A stretch of 44,922 bases of DNA from Occultella glacieicola (GCF_004353825.1 NZ_SMNA01000006.1:434001-478922), one strand, 5' to 3'; shown: positions 1 to 10,414, counted from the first letter of the stretch. Program-made: numbers and translations. The notes: generated by a model from the letters alone, not told the origin.

Positions 1-1311
1 ATGTGTATCGGCGGCATCATCATGGCCCTGCGTGAGGACCCGGGCCTGTCCTGGCTCGTGTGGGTCTCCGTTCCCTTCCTGTTCCTCATCGTCGGTCTCC
101 TGGTCCGGATCCTGCTCCCCCTGTTCCGGACGATGCAGGAACGTATCGACCGGATCAACGACGTGACGCGCGAGCAGATCGTGGGGCTGCGGGTGATCCG
201 CGCCTTCGTGCGCGAGCCGTTCGAACAGGATCGCTACCGCGACGCGAACGCGGCGATCACCGAGACCTCCATCAAGGTCGGCAACGTCTTCGTGCTGATG
301 TTCCCGGTCATCATGATGGTGCTGCACATCGTCACGGCGGCCGTGCTGTGGTTCGGTGGCTACCGCGTGGATGCCGGCCAGATGGACGTGGGCCAGCTGA
401 GCGCGTTCCTGCAGTACGTGCTGCAGATCCTCGTGGCCGTGATGATGGGCACGTTCATGGTCATGATGATCCCCCGGGCCGTGGTCTGTGCCGAGCGCAT
501 CGACGAACTGCTCGCGACCGAGACCTCGATGCCGGTCCGCGAGCGTGGCTCGGAGGACTTCCCGGCCAACGGGCGGGTGGTCTTCGACCACGTCAGCTTC
601 GGGTATCCCGGCGCCGAGCTTCCGGTGCTCGACGACGTCAGTTTCGTCGCCGAGCCGGGCACCACGACGGCGATCGTCGGGTCGACCGGAGCGGGCAAGA
701 CCACGCTGGTCAAGCTCATCCCCCGGCTGTTCGACCCGCAGCAGGGTGAGGTGACGATCGACGGCGTCTCCGTGGGTTCGCTCACCCGTCACCAGATCGC
801 GGGGCTCGTCGGGCTCGTTCCGCAGCAGCCGTATCTGTTCTCGGGGACGATCGGCTCGAACCTCCGGTTCGGCAACACCGAGGCCGACGAGGACGACCTG
901 TGGGAGGCGCTGGAGGTCGCGCAGGGCGCCGACTTCGTCCGCGACAAGCCCGGCGGGCTCGACGCGAAGGTCGCCCAGGGCGGCACGAACGTCTCCGGCG
1001 GTCAGCGGCAGCGGCTGTGCATCGCCCGGGCGCTCGTCGCGCGGCCCCGGGTGTACGTCTTCGACGACTCCTTCTCCGCCCTCGACGTCGCGACCGACGC
1101 CCGCCTGCGGGCCGCACTCGACAAGGCCACCGGCGGCGCGACCGTGATCATCGTGGCCCAGCGGATCTCCACGATCTCCGAGGCGGACAACATCGTGGTC
1201 CTCGACGGTGGCGCCGTGGTCGGACAGGGCCGTCACGAGGAACTCCTCGAGTCCAACGAGACCTACCGCGAGATCGTCGAGTCACAGATGAGCATCGAGG
1301 CCGCACGATGA
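1..1311 (+). CDS. ABC exporter, fused permease/ATP-binding subunit (probably 5'-truncated by the window edge)
   Basis: TM helices followed by Walker A GSTGAGKT, signature VSGGQRQ, degenerate Walker B VFDDS and switch Q (VAQR). The stop overlaps the next start (ATGA 1308-1311). Confidence 0.93.
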   Translation: MCIGGIIMALREDPGLSWLVWVSVPFLFLIVGLLVRILLPLFRTMQERIDRINDVTREQIVGLRVIRAFVREPFEQDRYRDANAAITETSIKVGNVFVLMFPVIMMVLHIVTAAVLWFGGYRVDAGQMDVGQLSAFLQYVLQILVAVMMGTFMVMMIPRAVVCAERIDELLATETSMPVRERGSEDFPANGRVVFDHVSFGYPGAELPVLDDVSFVAEPGTTTAIVGSTGAGKTTLVKLIPRLFDPQQGEVTIDGVSVGSLTRHQIAGLVGLVPQQPYLFSGTIGSNLRFGNTEADEDDLWEALEVAQGADFVRDKPGGLDAKVAQGGTNVSGGQRQRLCIARALVARPRVYVFDDSFSALDVATDARLRAALDKATGGATVIIVAQRISTISEADNIVVLDGGAVVGQGRHEELLESNETYREIVESQMSIEAAR

Positions 1312-3479
1312 CCGCCCGCAGATCCTCCGAGGAGAACCCGAACGTGAACGACAAGCCGCTCGACCCGGTCGACCGCCGGGGCGGGCCGGCCGCGAAGCCG
1401 GCCTCCGCCGTCGCCGTGGCGGACGCACCCGAGGACGACCTGGAGCAGGAGTTCGTCCCCGGCGAGGACGACATGGGGATGTTCGGCGAGGGCGCCCCGG
1501 CGCGCAAGCCGAAGGCCTTCTGGCCGTCGGCGAAGCGGCTGTTCGGGCTGTTCGGTCCGCACCGGGTGCGGTTCGCCCTGGTCGTGGTGCTGGTGGCCGC
1601 CTCCGTGGTGCTGACGGTGATCGCGCCCAAGGTGCTCGGTCAGGCCATGGACGTGATCTTCGACGGCGCCATCGGGCTCCAGCTGGACGACCAGTTCCCC
1701 GGCCTCACCCTCCCGGAGATCATCGAGGTCCTGCGCGCGACGGGTGACCCGACGTCGGTCCAGTTCGCGGACGTGCTGGCCGGCGCCTCGAACATCGTGC
1801 CGGGCATGGGGATCGACTTCGCGCTGCTCGCCCGGCTCATCCTCACCGTGCTGGCCATGTACGTGGTCGCCTCGGTGCTGATGTGGGCGCAGGGGTTCAT
1901 CCTGAACGCGCTCACCATGCGGGTCATCTACGACCTGCGTCGGGAGATCGAGGAGAAGATCCACCGGCTGCCTCTGTCCTACTTCGACACCCGGCAGCGC
2001 GGCGACCTGATGTCGCGGGTCACGAACGACGTCGACAACATGCAGCAGGCGCTGCAGCAGGCGTTCAGCCAGCTCGTGCAGTCGGCGCTGCAGGTGATCG
2101 GCATCGCGATCATGATGTTCATCGTGAGCTGGCAGCTGGCCCTGCTGGCGCTCATCGCGCTGCCGCTCTCGGCGATCATCGCCGGGGTGGTCGGGTCCCA
2201 GTCGCAGAAGCTGTTCACCAAGCAGTGGAAGAGCACCGGCGAACTGAACGGACACATCGAGGAGTCCTACTCCGGCCTGGAACTCGTGCGCGTGTTCGGC
2301 CGCGACAAGGAGATGCTCGAAGAGTTCGACAAGCGCAACGACGGCCTGTTCGCCAGCTCGTTCGGCGCCCAGTTCGTCAGCGGCATCATCATGCCGGCGA
2401 TGCAGTTCGTGAACTACCTGCAGTACGTGCTGATCGCCGTCGCCGGCGGGCTCCGGGTCGCCTCGGGCACGCTGACGATCGGGGACGCCACCGCGTTCAT
2501 CCAGTACTCCCGGGAGTTCTCCCAGCCGCTCGGCCAGATCGCCGGGATGGCGAACATGCTGATCTCGGGCGTCGCCTCCGCGGAGCGCACGTTCGAGCTG
2601 CTCGACGCCGACGAGCAGGAGGCGGACTCCGACGACGCGGAGCTGCCCGAGCGCACCGACGGGCACGTGGAGTTCCAGGGCGTGACCTTCTCGTACAGCA
2701 AGGAGACCTCGCTCATCGAGGACCTGTCGTTCTCGGTGCAGCCGGGTCAGACGGTCGCGATCGTCGGCCCGACCGGGGCCGGGAAGACCACCCTGGTCAA
2801 CCTGGTGATGCGCTTCTACGAGCTCGACGGCGGCCGGATCCTGCTCGACGGGGTGGACACCCGCAAACTCAGCCGGGCCGCCCTGCGTACCCAGGTGGGC
2901 ATGGTGCTCCAGGACACCTGGCTGTTCGACGGCTCGATCATGGAGAACATCCGGTACGGGCGTCTCGATGCCACCGATGAGGAGGTGATCGCGGCGGCCG
3001 AGGCCACGATGGTCGACCGGTTCGTCCGGCAACTCCCGGAGGGCTACGACACCCGGGTGAGCACCGACGGTGGGTCGATCTCCGCCGGTGAGCGACAGTT
3101 GATCACGATCGCGCGTGCGTTCATCGCGAACCCGTCGCTGCTGATCCTGGACGAGGCGACCTCGAGCGTGGACACCCGCACGGAGCTGCTCGTGCAGCAT
3201 GCGATGAACGCGCTCCGCACCGACCGGACCAGCTTCGTGATCGCGCACCGGCTCTCCACTATCCGCGACGCCGACACCATCCTGATGATGGAGGACGGGC
3301 GGATCGTGGAGCGCGGCTCACACGACGAGCTGATCGAGGCCAAGAGCGCGTACTACGACCTGTACATGACGCAGTTCCTCGGCGGCCACGAGCAGCCGGA
3401 GGACGTCATGGCCACCTCGGGTGCGCCCACTCTCGACACGGACGCGGACGCGTCGGTGAGCGAGGTGGTCCGGGACTGA
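1308..3479 (+). CDS. ABC exporter, fused permease/ATP-binding subunit (partner of a heterodimeric TM287/288-type exporter)
   Basis: ATG at 1308 is coupled to the upstream stop. GPTGAGKT, ISAGERQ, LILDEATS, IAHRLST; N-terminal TM domain. Confidence 0.93.
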   Translation: MTARRSSEENPNVNDKPLDPVDRRGGPAAKPASAVAVADAPEDDLEQEFVPGEDDMGMFGEGAPARKPKAFWPSAKRLFGLFGPHRVRFALVVVLVAASVVLTVIAPKVLGQAMDVIFDGAIGLQLDDQFPGLTLPEIIEVLRATGDPTSVQFADVLAGASNIVPGMGIDFALLARLILTVLAMYVVASVLMWAQGFILNALTMRVIYDLRREIEEKIHRLPLSYFDTRQRGDLMSRVTNDVDNMQQALQQAFSQLVQSALQVIGIAIMMFIVSWQLALLALIALPLSAIIAGVVGSQSQKLFTKQWKSTGELNGHIEESYSGLELVRVFGRDKEMLEEFDKRNDGLFASSFGAQFVSGIIMPAMQFVNYLQYVLIAVAGGLRVASGTLTIGDATAFIQYSREFSQPLGQIAGMANMLISGVASAERTFELLDADEQEADSDDAELPERTDGHVEFQGVTFSYSKETSLIEDLSFSVQPGQTVAIVGPTGAGKTTLVNLVMRFYELDGGRILLDGVDTRKLSRAALRTQVGMVLQDTWLFDGSIMENIRYGRLDATDEEVIAAAEATMVDRFVRQLPEGYDTRVSTDGGSISAGERQLITIARAFIANPSLLILDEATSSVDTRTELLVQHAMNALRTDRTSFVIAHRLSTIRDADTILMMEDGRIVERGSHDELIEAKSAYYDLYMTQFLGGHEQPEDVMATSGAPTLDTDADASVSEVVRD

Positions 3480-3501
3480 GGCCCGCGACCGGCGGTCGTG
3501 C

Positions 3502-4269
3502 TCACCACGGCACCGTCCCCTCCTCCGCGAAGAACCCGCCGCTGGGCCCGTCCGGGCCCAGCGTCGCGAACCGGACCACGGGTGCGGCACCCTGCGCCGG
3601 GGTGAGGTGCCCCGTGTGATCGTTGCTGTCGGTGTCGACGAAGCCGGGGGCGACGGCGTTGACGAGGATGCCGTCGGGGCGCAGTTCGTTGGCGTACTGC
3701 ACGGTCAGCGCCGAGAGCGCCGTCTTCGAGGGACTGTAGGCGGCTGACGCCGGCAAAGCCGAGGAGAGTCCGCCGGGGTCGCTGTTCATCGCCAACGAGC
3801 CGGCGTGGCTGGTGACGTTGACGATGCGCGGTGCCACTGCGCGGCGCAGCAGCGGGAGCATGGCATTGGTCACCGCGATGACGCCGAAGACGTTCGTCTC
3901 GAAGACCGCCCGGACCATATCCAGGTCGACCGAGCTGGGGATCTGGTCGGTGGCGTCCGCGGGTGAGACCTGGCCGGAGCCGGTGATCGCGGCGTTGTTG
4001 ATCAGTGCGTCGAGGTGGCCGAAGCGCTCCTCGATCTCGAGAGCCGCAGCCGTCACGACGGCCGGGTCGGTGACGTCCAGCCTGACGGCATGGGCGTCGC
4101 CACCCGTGGCGCGGATCTGCGCCGCCGCCTCCGCGCCGCGCCGGGGGTCGCGGGCGCCGACGACGACGGTCATCCCCAGTCCGGCGAGTTGCTCGGCCGC
4201 GGCCCGTCCGATGCCCTTGTTGGCACCGGTGATCAGAGCGACGTGCTGGTCAGTGGTGTGCTCGTTCAT
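3502..4269 (-). CDS. SDR family NAD(P)-dependent oxidoreductase
   Basis: TGANKGIG, NNAA, YSPSK (YxxxK), VAPGFVDT; RBS GAAAGGA before ATG 4269. Confidence 0.92.
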   Translation of the reverse strand: MNEHTTDQHVALITGANKGIGRAAAEQLAGLGMTVVVGARDPRRGAEAAAQIRATGGDAHAVRLDVTDPAVVTAAALEIEERFGHLDALINNAAITGSGQVSPADATDQIPSSVDLDMVRAVFETNVFGVIAVTNAMLPLLRRAVAPRIVNVTSHAGSLAMNSDPGGLSSALPASAAYSPSKTALSALTVQYANELRPDGILVNAVAPGFVDTDSNDHTGHLTPAQGAAPVVRFATLGPDGPSGGFFAEEGTVPW

Positions 4270-4533
4270 GGCGGGTCCTTTCTCCCGGTCGTGGCGCTCC
4301 AGCGGGAACGCCAACACTTCTGACGGGACAGCCCAGCCGGATATGACATCGCGGCGACCGGCACCCGCGGCCGCACGAGGGTTCACGAGCAGATCACGTG
4401 CTCTTGGTCCGCCTCAGGAACCTCCCGTCGGCGGACCCGCGCCGGAGTCCCGGCGATGCCCGGCCACGGCATCGTCGGCGGCTGGGCACGCTCGCCGTCG
4501 CGGTCGGGCGGCCCAGGGGTCGGCGCCGGGTTG

Positions 4534-5568
4534 CTACGCGCCCGGTGTCGGCCCCGGGGCGAGCTCCGCGTCGATCGCGCCGGCGAGGACCCCGATGACC
4601 GGCCATGCCCCCTCTGAGCTGTTGCCGAGCACGCTCACCGTGGTCCGGGTCCCGATGATGTGGGTGGACCGGAACGAGGCGCCGGCGTCGTAGCCCTCGA
4701 GTACCAGCGCCGGTCCGGTCCGGTGCAGGAAGAAGCCCATGCCGGCGCGCAGGTCCTCCTCGGGAACGTCGTGCCGCGGGCGGGTCATCTCCTCGACACT
4801 GCCGGGGGAGACGATCCGCCCGCCGAGGAATGCCAGCCAGAACCGGTGGAGGTCTGCCGCCGTGGTGAACGCTCCACCGTCACCGTTGCCGAGCACCGGC
4901 AGGTGCAGGGTGTTCACCAGGTCGCCCTCGTCGTGGACGTACCCCTGCGCGGCGTCGACCGGCAACTCGTTGAGCGGGAGGAAGTCGGTGGCACCGAGTC
5001 CGGCGGGCGTGAACACCAGGCGCCGCACGACGTCGTGATAGGTCTCGCCGGTGACCCTCTCGATCAGGACCGCGAGCACCATGTAGCCGCCGTTGCAGTA
5101 GGAGAACCGCTCGCCGGGCGCGTACTTCTGCTCGTGTCCCTCGAGCATCGGGAGGAAGGCGACGGCGGTCGTGAGGGTGTGGGAGGGAAGGGTGAGCACG
5201 TAGTCGGACACCTCCCAGTCGGCGTCCTCGTCGAGGTAGTCCCCGATGCCGGAGGTGTGGGTGAGCAGGTGTTCGATCGTGACGGCGTCGTCGATGAGCG
5301 GCAGGTCGCCGCCGAGGAGGTCGCGCACCGGCTGATCGAGCCGTAGGGCACCGTCCTCGACCAGGCGCATCACGGCCAGCGCCGTGAACGCCTTGCTGCC
5401 GCTGGCGATCGCGATCCGCGCGTCCACGACCATCGGTGCACCGAGGGCACGCTGGCGGTATCCCTCGCAGCGTTCGAGGGTGCGTCGGTCCCCGACGTCC
5501 ACCGTCACCACGCCGGTGAACGACGACGTGGCGACGGCTTCGTCGAAAGTACTCGGATCGATGTGCAT
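4534..5568 (-). CDS. Serine hydrolase, beta-lactamase/PBP-like family
   Basis: SxxK (SGSK), LLTHTSG, YxN (YCN); RBS GGGAGG before ATG 5568. Confidence 0.88.
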   Translation of the reverse strand: MHIDPSTFDEAVATSSFTGVVTVDVGDRRTLERCEGYRQRALGAPMVVDARIAIASGSKAFTALAVMRLVEDGALRLDQPVRDLLGGDLPLIDDAVTIEHLLTHTSGIGDYLDEDADWEVSDYVLTLPSHTLTTAVAFLPMLEGHEQKYAPGERFSYCNGGYMVLAVLIERVTGETYHDVVRRLVFTPAGLGATDFLPLNELPVDAAQGYVHDEGDLVNTLHLPVLGNGDGGAFTTAADLHRFWLAFLGGRIVSPGSVEEMTRPRHDVPEEDLRAGMGFFLHRTGPALVLEGYDAGASFRSTHIIGTRTTVSVLGNSSEGAWPVIGVLAGAIDAELAPGPTPGA

Positions 5569-5617
5569 GGCGTCCTCCCGACCGAAGGGTCTCATCGAAC
5601 CCCCGGGGCGGGCCAGT

Positions 5618-6211
5618 TCATTGATGCGGCGGTGACACCCGGTCCGCCTCCGTGATCGGCCGGATCACTCGTGCGGGCACTCCGGCGGCGACCACTCCCG
5701 CCGGAACGGACCGGGTGACGACACTTCCCGCCCCGATGACGCTCCCGGCGCCGATCGTGACCCCGGGGTTGATGGTGACGTCGCCGCCCACCCAGACGTC
5801 GTCCGCGACGGCGACCGTCCTGGCGAGGCACCACCCCGCGGCCCGGTCGGCGGGGTCCACGGCGTGGTTCGTGGTGTAGATGCTGACCCGGGGCCCGAGG
5901 AGGACCCGGTTCGCGATGGTGATGCCGCCGCCGTCGAGCATCACACAGTCGAAGTTGGCGTAGAAGTCGTCACCGATCGCGATGTTGAACCCGAACTCGC
6001 ACCGGAAGGTCGGCTCGAAGTGGACCCGGCGACCGATCCGCTGCAGGAGCCCGGCAAGCAGCGCCTCGCGCTCGGGCGCTGGGCGACCGAAGCTGGCGTT
6101 GTAGGAGTCGGTGCGCCGGACCGAGTCCTCGCGAGCCTTGACGAGTTCCTCGGTGAGGTCGTTGTACCACTCGCCCGCCCGCATCCGGGCCCGCTGTCGT
6201 CCGAGTTCCAT
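5618..6211 (-). CDS. Sugar O-acetyltransferase (maltose/galactoside acetyltransferase family)
   Basis: RCEFGFNI, FYANFDC, hexapeptide repeats VWVGGDVTINPGVTIGAGSVIGAGSVV, GVPARVIR. Confidence 0.9.
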   Translation of the reverse strand: MELGRQRARMRAGEWYNDLTEELVKAREDSVRRTDSYNASFGRPAPEREALLAGLLQRIGRRVHFEPTFRCEFGFNIAIGDDFYANFDCVMLDGGGITIANRVLLGPRVSIYTTNHAVDPADRAAGWCLARTVAVADDVWVGGDVTINPGVTIGAGSVIGAGSVVTRSVPAGVVAAGVPARVIRPITEADRVSPPHQ

Positions 6212-6449
6212 CGGGACACGCTCCTCCCGGGTCACCGGTGGCCCGCCGGGCCGGACTCCGCGGCGTCCCCGAACGCCGATGCTAGCGTCGCTCGCGCCGG
6301 TCGATGCCGTGCCGGCGCTGGGCTACCGGCCCCTGCTGGTGCTCGTGCTGGTGGGACCGACGCACGCCCTGGTCCGCCGCGCGATCTGGGGTCGCCCGCG
6401 GTCGGCCGACGAGGCGACATGAGGTCGGTCCGGTCGGCCGTACTTCTCC

Positions 6450-6455
6450 TAGAAT
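6450..6455 (+). promoter_or_regulatory. Candidate -10 element (TAGAAT) for the 6484 gene
   Basis: TANNNT hexamer just upstream of a GGGAGG RBS and GTG 6484. Confidence 0.45.
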
Positions 6456-6483
6456 GGCGGCATTCCCAGGGAGGGCGGTCACG

Positions 6484-6993
6484 GTGGACCACACCGACGA
6501 ACACCGGACCGACGCCGCGCGCGTCCCGATCTTCACCGAGGAGGGCGTGTACGGCGTCATCCTGGTCGCCGGCATGATCGTGGTCGGCAACTCCTACTAC
6601 ACGACCGCGTGGGAGGTGTTCGTCGCGGTCGTCGCCACCGTCGTGGTGTTCTGGGCGGCACACGTCTACGCCGGGACGGTCGCCCACCACGGATTCGAGG
6701 GCGGGCGGGAGGTCACCCTCGGGCAGGCGTTCCGGATCTCGTTGCGGCGCGCGTTGGGGCTGCTGGTCGCCGCGCTGATCCCGGCCAGCATCCTGTTGCT
6801 CGGCGCGACCAGGGTGGTCCCGGACGGTGTTGCGATCTGGCTTGCCATGTGGGTCGGCGTGGCGGTGCTGGCGCTCATCGGCTACCTCGCGTTTCGTCGC
6901 CGCGGGTCGAGCGTATGGATCTGCTTGCTCGGGTCGCTGACCACCGCGGCGTTCGGTCTGGTCATGATCGTGCTGAAGGCCGCGATCCACTGA
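6484..6993 (+). CDS. Hypothetical integral membrane protein (4-5 TM segments)
   Basis: Hydrophobic helices (VYGVILVAGMIVV, VVVFWAAHVYA); RBS GGGAGG; host-like codon usage. Confidence 0.75.
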   Translation: MDHTDEHRTDAARVPIFTEEGVYGVILVAGMIVVGNSYYTTAWEVFVAVVATVVVFWAAHVYAGTVAHHGFEGGREVTLGQAFRISLRRALGLLVAALIPASILLLGATRVVPDGVAIWLAMWVGVAVLALIGYLAFRRRGSSVWICLLGSLTTAAFGLVMIVLKAAIH

Positions 6994-7143
6994 GGCGCGG
7001 CAGCGGGCGTCACGGCCCAGGCGCCGGCTTGACGTGGATCGCCGCCGACTCCTTCCGGATGCTCGCCGAGGCGCTCCCCCACGCCGAGCACACCACGGGC
7101 CTTGCCGAGCGGGACGGCCCTCACGCGTACCGCGCCTGAGCGA

Positions 7144-8367
7144 TCACAGGTAGACGCGGTAGACCACGAGCGGACGGCCGCTGCCCTCGGGGTTGCGGGA
7201 GCCGACGTCGCGGGCGATCCCGGCCCGCTCCAGCCGGTTCAGGATGCGGCGTGCAGTACGCGGCTGCACGCCCAGGTGCTCGGACAGTTCACGGGTGGTG
7301 ACCTCGGGGCTCGTGGCGTGCCTGAGGTAGTCCTGCAACCGCTGCAGCGTGCCCACCGAAAGCCCGGCCCGGTGCGCGAGCTGGCCGGTGTTGGCGCGCT
7401 GGTTCGACCGCGGGGTCGAGGTTCTCGACAGGGTCATGTCGATGTCGTTGCGCAGCGAGATCACTGCGGCGACCCGACCGAGTTGGCGGGCCCGGCCGAG
7501 CGCGCGGCGGGCGAGCGTGTGCGCCTCGGCACCGGAACCACCGAGCCCGAAACCGACCCGCAGCGTCGGGTACTGGGCCCGGAGCCGTTCGAGCATCGGC
7601 AGCTCGGTGAACTCCGCGGTCGCGTCCTCCAGCGGGCCGCGGGTGGTGACCACGAGGAACTCCCTGGACCCGGTGTGGATCAGGGACGCCCCGAGCGGGG
7701 CGAGCTCACCGGCGAGGGCGTGCTCGGCGTCGGCGGCTGCCTCCACGATGCCGAGCACGAGCTGCGCGTCGCCGCTGTCCATCGACTCCCGCTGCAGCCG
7801 GAGCCGGTTCACGGCGAGCCGGATCGCGGAGCGGGCCGGCGCCAGCCGCACCGCTGGCTGGGTCTCGCCGATCTCGTCGTAGACCGAGCCCAGACAGGTC
7901 AGCGCGATCGACCCGGGGTCGTCCGCGTGCGCACGGCGGTGGAAGGCGACCAGGGTGGCGGCGTCGGTGCCCGGCGCGTACGGAAGCACCCGCACCGCGT
8001 CGGCCTGCACGCCCGCCTCGGCGAGGGTGCCGCGGGCCTCGTCCTCGTCGAGGGTGTCGATGCTCAGCGACGTGAGCTGCGTCCCCGCACGCAGCACCGT
8101 GACCAGCGCACTGAGCAGCACGGATCCGCTGTACTCCACGTACCCGGCGATCCGCCCGAGGAGCCCATGCGCCGACGCGATCTGGTACGGGACCACCCCG
8201 GTGAACAGTTGGATGTCGACGTCGGAGCCGAGCTCGCGCAGGACCTGCGGGGTCTCCCGCTCGTGTTCGTACGGGTGTGGGCGCGGTCGCATCCCGTCCA
8301 TCCCGCCCACCACCTCGACCGTGCGCTCGACGAGGTCGTGCGGGCCGATCACCGCGACTGTGATCAT
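7144..8367 (-). CDS. Putative transcriptional regulator: N-terminal sensor, central GGDEF/cyclase-like fold, C-terminal winged HTH
   Basis: C-terminal VTTRELSEHLGVQPRTARRILNRLERAG...GRP; central LRVGFGLG..AEAHTLARRAL; divergent from catabolic genes. Confidence 0.72.
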   Translation of the reverse strand: MITVAVIGPHDLVERTVEVVGGMDGMRPRPHPYEHERETPQVLRELGSDVDIQLFTGVVPYQIASAHGLLGRIAGYVEYSGSVLLSALVTVLRAGTQLTSLSIDTLDEDEARGTLAEAGVQADAVRVLPYAPGTDAATLVAFHRRAHADDPGSIALTCLGSVYDEIGETQPAVRLAPARSAIRLAVNRLRLQRESMDSGDAQLVLGIVEAAADAEHALAGELAPLGASLIHTGSREFLVVTTRGPLEDATAEFTELPMLERLRAQYPTLRVGFGLGGSGAEAHTLARRALGRARQLGRVAAVISLRNDIDMTLSRTSTPRSNQRANTGQLAHRAGLSVGTLQRLQDYLRHATSPEVTTRELSEHLGVQPRTARRILNRLERAGIARDVGSRNPEGSGRPLVVYRVYL

Positions 8368-8465
8368 GGACGCTCCTCGTGGTCCGGGTGCCCCATGGCC
8401 AACCGAGAGGCAACGTCGTAGTCCGTGCGGTCAGGGTAGTCGCGGACCGTGCCAGACTGTCGACC

Positions 8466-9476
8466 ATGCAGTCGCGCGCCGTGAACACCCCGGATCCCGA
8501 CCGCGGCCCACTCGCCTGGCTGAGCGGCGTGGTCGCCGCCCCCCTCACCCCGTTCGACGCCAAGGGCAGGCTCCGGTCCGAGGAGTTCGCGGACTACGCC
8601 GTGCACCTCGTCCGCGCCGGTGTCAGCGGTCTCGCCGTAGGCGCGCACACCGGGCGCGGCGGGCTGCTCGCGCCGCAGGCGCACGCCGACCTGATCCGGG
8701 TCGCGCGAGCCACCGGTGTGCCCGTGGTCGCGACCGTCTGCCTGCCCGACGGCGCCAGGCCCGGTTCGCGCACAGAGGTCGAGCGGGTGCTGCTCGAGCG
8801 GGCGGACGCGGCCCCGGCCGCCGGTGCGTCCGCCGTGCTCTGCGTACCGCCGCCGGCGGCGCTCGACCCCGATCCGGCCTGGGTGGCGCGGCTGCACGAG
8901 TTGATCGCGGAGGCCACCGGACTTCCGGTGCTCGCCTTCCTGCTCTACGAGGCAGCCGCGGGCAACGTCCGGTACGGCACCGACCACCTCGCGGCACTCT
9001 CCGGCGTCCCGGGCGTGACCGGGGTCAAGATCGCCACCCTCGACGACGCTGTGGCCGCGCAGGACGCCATCATCTGGCTCCGGCGCAACGCACCACGCCT
9101 GGCCGTGCTCACCGGTGAGGACCGGATGTTCGGTCCCTCGCTGATGTGGGGCGCAACCGGTGCACTGGTGGGTATCGCGGCGGCGCGCGCGCATCTGTCG
9201 GTCGACCTGCTGCGGGCCTGGCAGGAGCACCGGCTCGCGGACTTCGTGGCCGCGTCCGACCGGCTCGACGCGTTCGCCCGGCTCACCTTCACAGCTCCGC
9301 TCCACGGCTACGTCCAAAGACTCGCCTGGGCGGCCGCGCACGAGGGCATCATGCCCCCGGGCCTCGCCCACGATCCCGGGGCCACCCCGGACGTGCTGGC
9401 CGAGCGCGAGGTGTTCCTCGCCGGCCTCGCCGGCCCGGGCGACGTCGCCCCGGTTGCCGCGGCCCCGTCGTGGTGA
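8466..9476 (+). CDS. Dihydrodipicolinate synthase/N-acetylneuraminate lyase family aldolase (atypical)
   Basis: LTPFD, VGAHTGRG (in place of GTTGE), Schiff-base Lys in GVKIA, LTGED. Probably leaderless (CAGACT at 8453-8458). Confidence 0.82.
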   Translation: MQSRAVNTPDPDRGPLAWLSGVVAAPLTPFDAKGRLRSEEFADYAVHLVRAGVSGLAVGAHTGRGGLLAPQAHADLIRVARATGVPVVATVCLPDGARPGSRTEVERVLLERADAAPAAGASAVLCVPPPAALDPDPAWVARLHELIAEATGLPVLAFLLYEAAAGNVRYGTDHLAALSGVPGVTGVKIATLDDAVAAQDAIIWLRRNAPRLAVLTGEDRMFGPSLMWGATGALVGIAAARAHLSVDLLRAWQEHRLADFVAASDRLDAFARLTFTAPLHGYVQRLAWAAAHEGIMPPGLAHDPGATPDVLAEREVFLAGLAGPGDVAPVAAAPSW

Positions 9477-10399
9477 CCGCGCGGATCGGCCTGGTCGGGC
9501 TCGAGACCAGCCACCCGGGCTCCTTCGTGCCGCTCCTGCGCGACCTCGGACACGAGGTGTCCGTGGTGCTGGACCCGGGCGAGTTGCGGGGCGCGGCGCA
9601 CGCGGCACGGTTCGCCCGCGAGCACGGCGTCGCCCGGGTCGGGCGCGACCTCGAGGACGTGGCCGGGAACTGCGACGTCGCGATCCTGCTCGGAACCGAC
9701 TGGGACCGCCACCTCGCCCAGGTCACCTCGCTGCGCGCCGCCGGGGTGGCCGTGCTCGTCGACAAGCCCGTGGCCGGTAGCGCGGGCGACCTGCGCGCGC
9801 TCGCCGCCGCGGCGGCGGCCGGGGAGCGTGGCGAGGGGCCACCGGTGACCGGCGGCTCGTCGTTGCGGACCGCGCCGGAGGCGCGCGCGTGGCGCGGTCG
9901 AGGGCAACGCGCACTCTCGGTCCGCACCGGCTGTACCGGGCACCCGCTGTACTACGGCGTGCACGCGACGAGCCTCGCCGTCGGGCTCCTCGGTGACGGC
10001 CTGGTGGCGGCTCGCGCCACCGGCACCGACCCGGGCGTGCTGGCCGGGGAACTGCGCCACGCAGACGGCGCCACGATCGTCGTCGAGGTCCCACGCCGGC
10101 CCGTGGGGGCGCCGTTCCGCGCCGAGGTGCGCACCGCCGTCGGCGGCGTCGACGTCATCGAGCCGGCCGGAGCCGGCCTGTACCGGCCGTTCCTGGCCGT
10201 CTGTCTGGAGCATCTGACCGGTCGCGGTCCGGCCCCGGCCGGGCCGCGAGGGCTCGTCGAGCCCGAGCTCGCCGTGCTCGCGATCGCGTGGTCCGCCGCC
10301 GCGGACACGCCCGGGGCGTGGGTCGACCTCGACGAGGTCCCGGACGAATGGCAGCCCTGGGCGGGGGCCGCGTTCACCGGTGAGTACCGGCCGCGGTAG
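9473..10399 (+). CDS. Gfo/Idh/MocA family oxidoreductase
   Basis: RIGLVGLETSH, VLVDKPVA, GGSSLR, YYGVHA; GTGA overlap with the upstream gene. Confidence 0.82.
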   Translation: MTARIGLVGLETSHPGSFVPLLRDLGHEVSVVLDPGELRGAAHAARFAREHGVARVGRDLEDVAGNCDVAILLGTDWDRHLAQVTSLRAAGVAVLVDKPVAGSAGDLRALAAAAAAGERGEGPPVTGGSSLRTAPEARAWRGRGQRALSVRTGCTGHPLYYGVHATSLAVGLLGDGLVAARATGTDPGVLAGELRHADGATIVVEVPRRPVGAPFRAEVRTAVGGVDVIEPAGAGLYRPFLAVCLEHLTGRGPAPAGPRGLVEPELAVLAIAWSAAADTPGAWVDLDEVPDEWQPWAGAAFTGEYRPR

Positions 10400-10414
10400 C
10401 ACAAGTCCCTAGGA

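Noticed and set aside
1263..3248. 661-aa minus-strand ORF, and similar long antisense ORFs at 18620-21088, 20841-23081, 23313-26594 and 34603-36024
   Set aside because: Shadow ORFs opposite well-supported genes; expected in high-GC DNA and lacking motifs.
1..3479. Degenerate Walker B and signature motifs as signs of pseudogenisation
   Set aside because: This asymmetry is normal for heterodimeric ABC exporters.
4534..5568. Bona fide beta-lactamase resistance gene
   Set aside because: No signal peptide and no KTG-type motif; a generic serine hydrolase.
7029..7139. Short ORF (..FRMLAEALPHAEH..) resembling an alpha/beta-hydrolase tail
   Set aside because: Only 36 aa with no RBS; the resemblance is too weak to support.
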